From Synechococcus sp. (GTDB taxonomy: Bacteria > Cyanobacteriota > Cyanobacteriia > PCC-6307 > Cyanobiaceae): 64,000 bases of DNA. This document shows positions 62,826 through 64,000 of the stretch, one piece after another. Made by a program: the position numbers and the translations under genes. The stretch covers positions 864,001-928,000 of the forward strand of contig JBJBCN010000002.1 of NCBI GenBank assembly GCA_047285805.1, read 5' to 3'. Each line of letters opens with the position of its first letter. The first letter of the stretch is position 1. The notes under the pieces were generated by a model. That model saw nothing but the letters and a program-made list of their open reading frames with translations. It had not been told where the DNA came from and did not search any database.

Positions 62826-63257
62826 TCCTCTATTGGTGTGAGGACCAATGAAACTGTTCCAGAAGCTTCTTCTGGCGCCTGCAGCTCTGGGCCTTCTGGC
62901 TCCTGTTGCTGCAAACGCCGCTGACGTCAACATTGCTGGCCTGAGCCAGTACGGCGTCGAAGAGCAGGTTACTTCGATCACCCAGTTCTCCGACGTGCAG
63001 CCCACCGACTGGGCTTATCAGGCACTGAGCAACCTGATCGAGCGCTACGGCTGCGTCGCTGGTTACCCCAACGGCACCTATCGCGGCAACCGTGCGATGA
63101 CCCGCTATGAAGCGGCCGCACTGCTGAACGCTTGCCTCGACCGGATCACTGAGGTGACTGACGAGCTCAAGCGCCTGATGAAGGAATTCGAGCGTGAGCT
63201 GGCTGTGCTCCGCGGCCGCGTTGATGGCCTCGAGGCCCGCGTCGGCGAACTGGAAGC
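62826..63257 (+). repeat. Inverted repeat arm 2 (porin 5'UTR plus N-terminal coding region)
   Basis: Matches the reverse complement of 54288-54719. Confidence 0.92.
62835..62844 (+). promoter_or_regulatory. Yfr1 sRNA seed-complementary site in porin B 5'UTR
   Basis: GGTGTGAGGA just 5' of ATG 62848. Confidence 0.7.
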
Positions 63258-64000
63258 CACCCAGTTCTCCACCACCACCAAGCTCCAAGGCGACTACTAC
63301 TGGGCCCTGGGCGGCGTCACCGCAACCGGCGGCAGCAGCAACAGCACCGGCACCGGCACCGGCAGCCGCGACTACTACAACGCTAACTATGCGGCGTTGC
63401 ACATGGTCTACGACGCCCGTCTGAACCTCAAGACGAGCTTCACCGGCAAGGACCTGCTGTACACCCGCCTGCGCGCAGGCAACTTCGACGACAGCCCCTT
63501 TGATGGCAACGGCTTCAAGCTGACCAAGTTCGACAAGGCTGAAGCCACTGAGAACATCATCAAGGTCAGCCGTCTCTATTACCGCTTCCCCGTCGGTAAA
63601 GAGTTCAAAATCGCCGTTGGCCCCATTGCTCGTAACACCGAGTTCCTGGGTACCAAGCCCTTCTATTACAAGGGTTGGTCTGGTCTGGACTTCTTCCAGC
63701 TGAACGGCGCTCCTGGCACCTACAACAAGATCACCGGCAGCCTGCTGGGTGCGATCTGGAAGCAGAAAGTGAAGAAGGGCCAGCCCTACTTCACCGCCTC
63801 AACCAGCTACGTCACCCCCAAAGGCTCCAACGGCAGCCCTGAGTCGGGTGGTATCGCCACCAAGTTCAGCAAGTCGAGCTGGCTGACCCAGCTGGCCTAC
63901 AACCAGAAGCAGTGGAAAGCCACCTTCGGCTGGAACTACACCCAGTGCGGCAACAAAGCTCGCAGCGGCACACAGGCCTCTGTCCAATCTCAGGCATGTG
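62848..64000 (+). CDS. som: Cyanobacterial SLH-domain porin (Som family), copy B; runs off the window and is absent from the ORF track
   Basis: ATG 62848: MKLFQKLLLAPAALG...FSDVQPTDWAYQAL...QFSTTTKLQGD...SFTGKDLLYTRLR; open to the window end. Confidence 0.92.
   Translation, partial: MKLFQKLLLAPAALGLLAPVAANAADVNIAGLSQYGVEEQVTSITQFSDVQPTDWAYQALSNLIERYGCVAGYPNGTYRGNRAMTRYEAAALLNACLDRITEVTDELKRLMKEFERELAVLRGRVDGLEARVGELEATQFSTTTKLQGDYYWALGGVTATGGSSNSTGTGTGSRDYYNANYAALHMVYDARLNLKTSFTGKDLLYTRLRAGNFDDSPFDGNGFKLTKFDKAEATENIIKVSRLYYRFPVGKEFKIAVGPIARNTEFLGTKPFYYKGWSGLDFFQLNGAPGTYNKITGSLLGAIWKQKVKKGQPYFTASTSYVTPKGSNGSPESGGIATKFSKSSWLTQLAYNQKQWKATFGWNYTQCGNKARSGTQASVQSQAC

Noticed and set aside
63346..63363. 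(ACCGGC)x3 repeat in porin B as a phase-variation tract
   Set aside because: It is an in-frame hexamer coding a Thr-Gly loop, with too few copies to suggest slippage switching.

Overview
GC-rich picocyanobacterial (Synechococcus/Cyanobium-like) chromosome segment. Most of it is core genes: mfd 3' end, ctp protease, ispG, udg, aspC, a phnDCE-type ABC transporter, rsmE, hslO, prfC, nrdJ, tRNA-Ser, apt, hli, dapB, chlH, folP, tpiA, cysK and glnN. Two accessory regions stand out. (1) A ~10 kb integrative element (about 15.07-25.19 kb) is inserted into the 3' end of hslO and bounded by a ~92 bp imperfect direct repeat. It carries a decayed tyrosine integrase, an inverse-autotransporter beta-barrel with no passenger next to a separately encoded secreted Cys-rich protein, other exported proteins, a thermonuclease, micro-ORFs and two candidate small RNAs. 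(2) A region from 50.9 to 64 kb holds an AT-richer iron-acquisition block (futA, piuC-like dioxygenase, small secreted peptide, porin) and two divergent Som-type porin genes. The porins share a 432 bp, ~99% identical inverted repeat (5'UTR plus N-terminus) flanking an 8.1 kb segment (yeeE-like pseudogene, glnN, sqr-FMN reductase-pirin operon, DUF2808). This layout could swap porin barrels between promoters by inversion. Four pseudogenes are visible: a sigma factor, the integrase, an Ntn amide hydrolase and YeeE/YedE. All family assignments come from motif recognition; no database searches were run.
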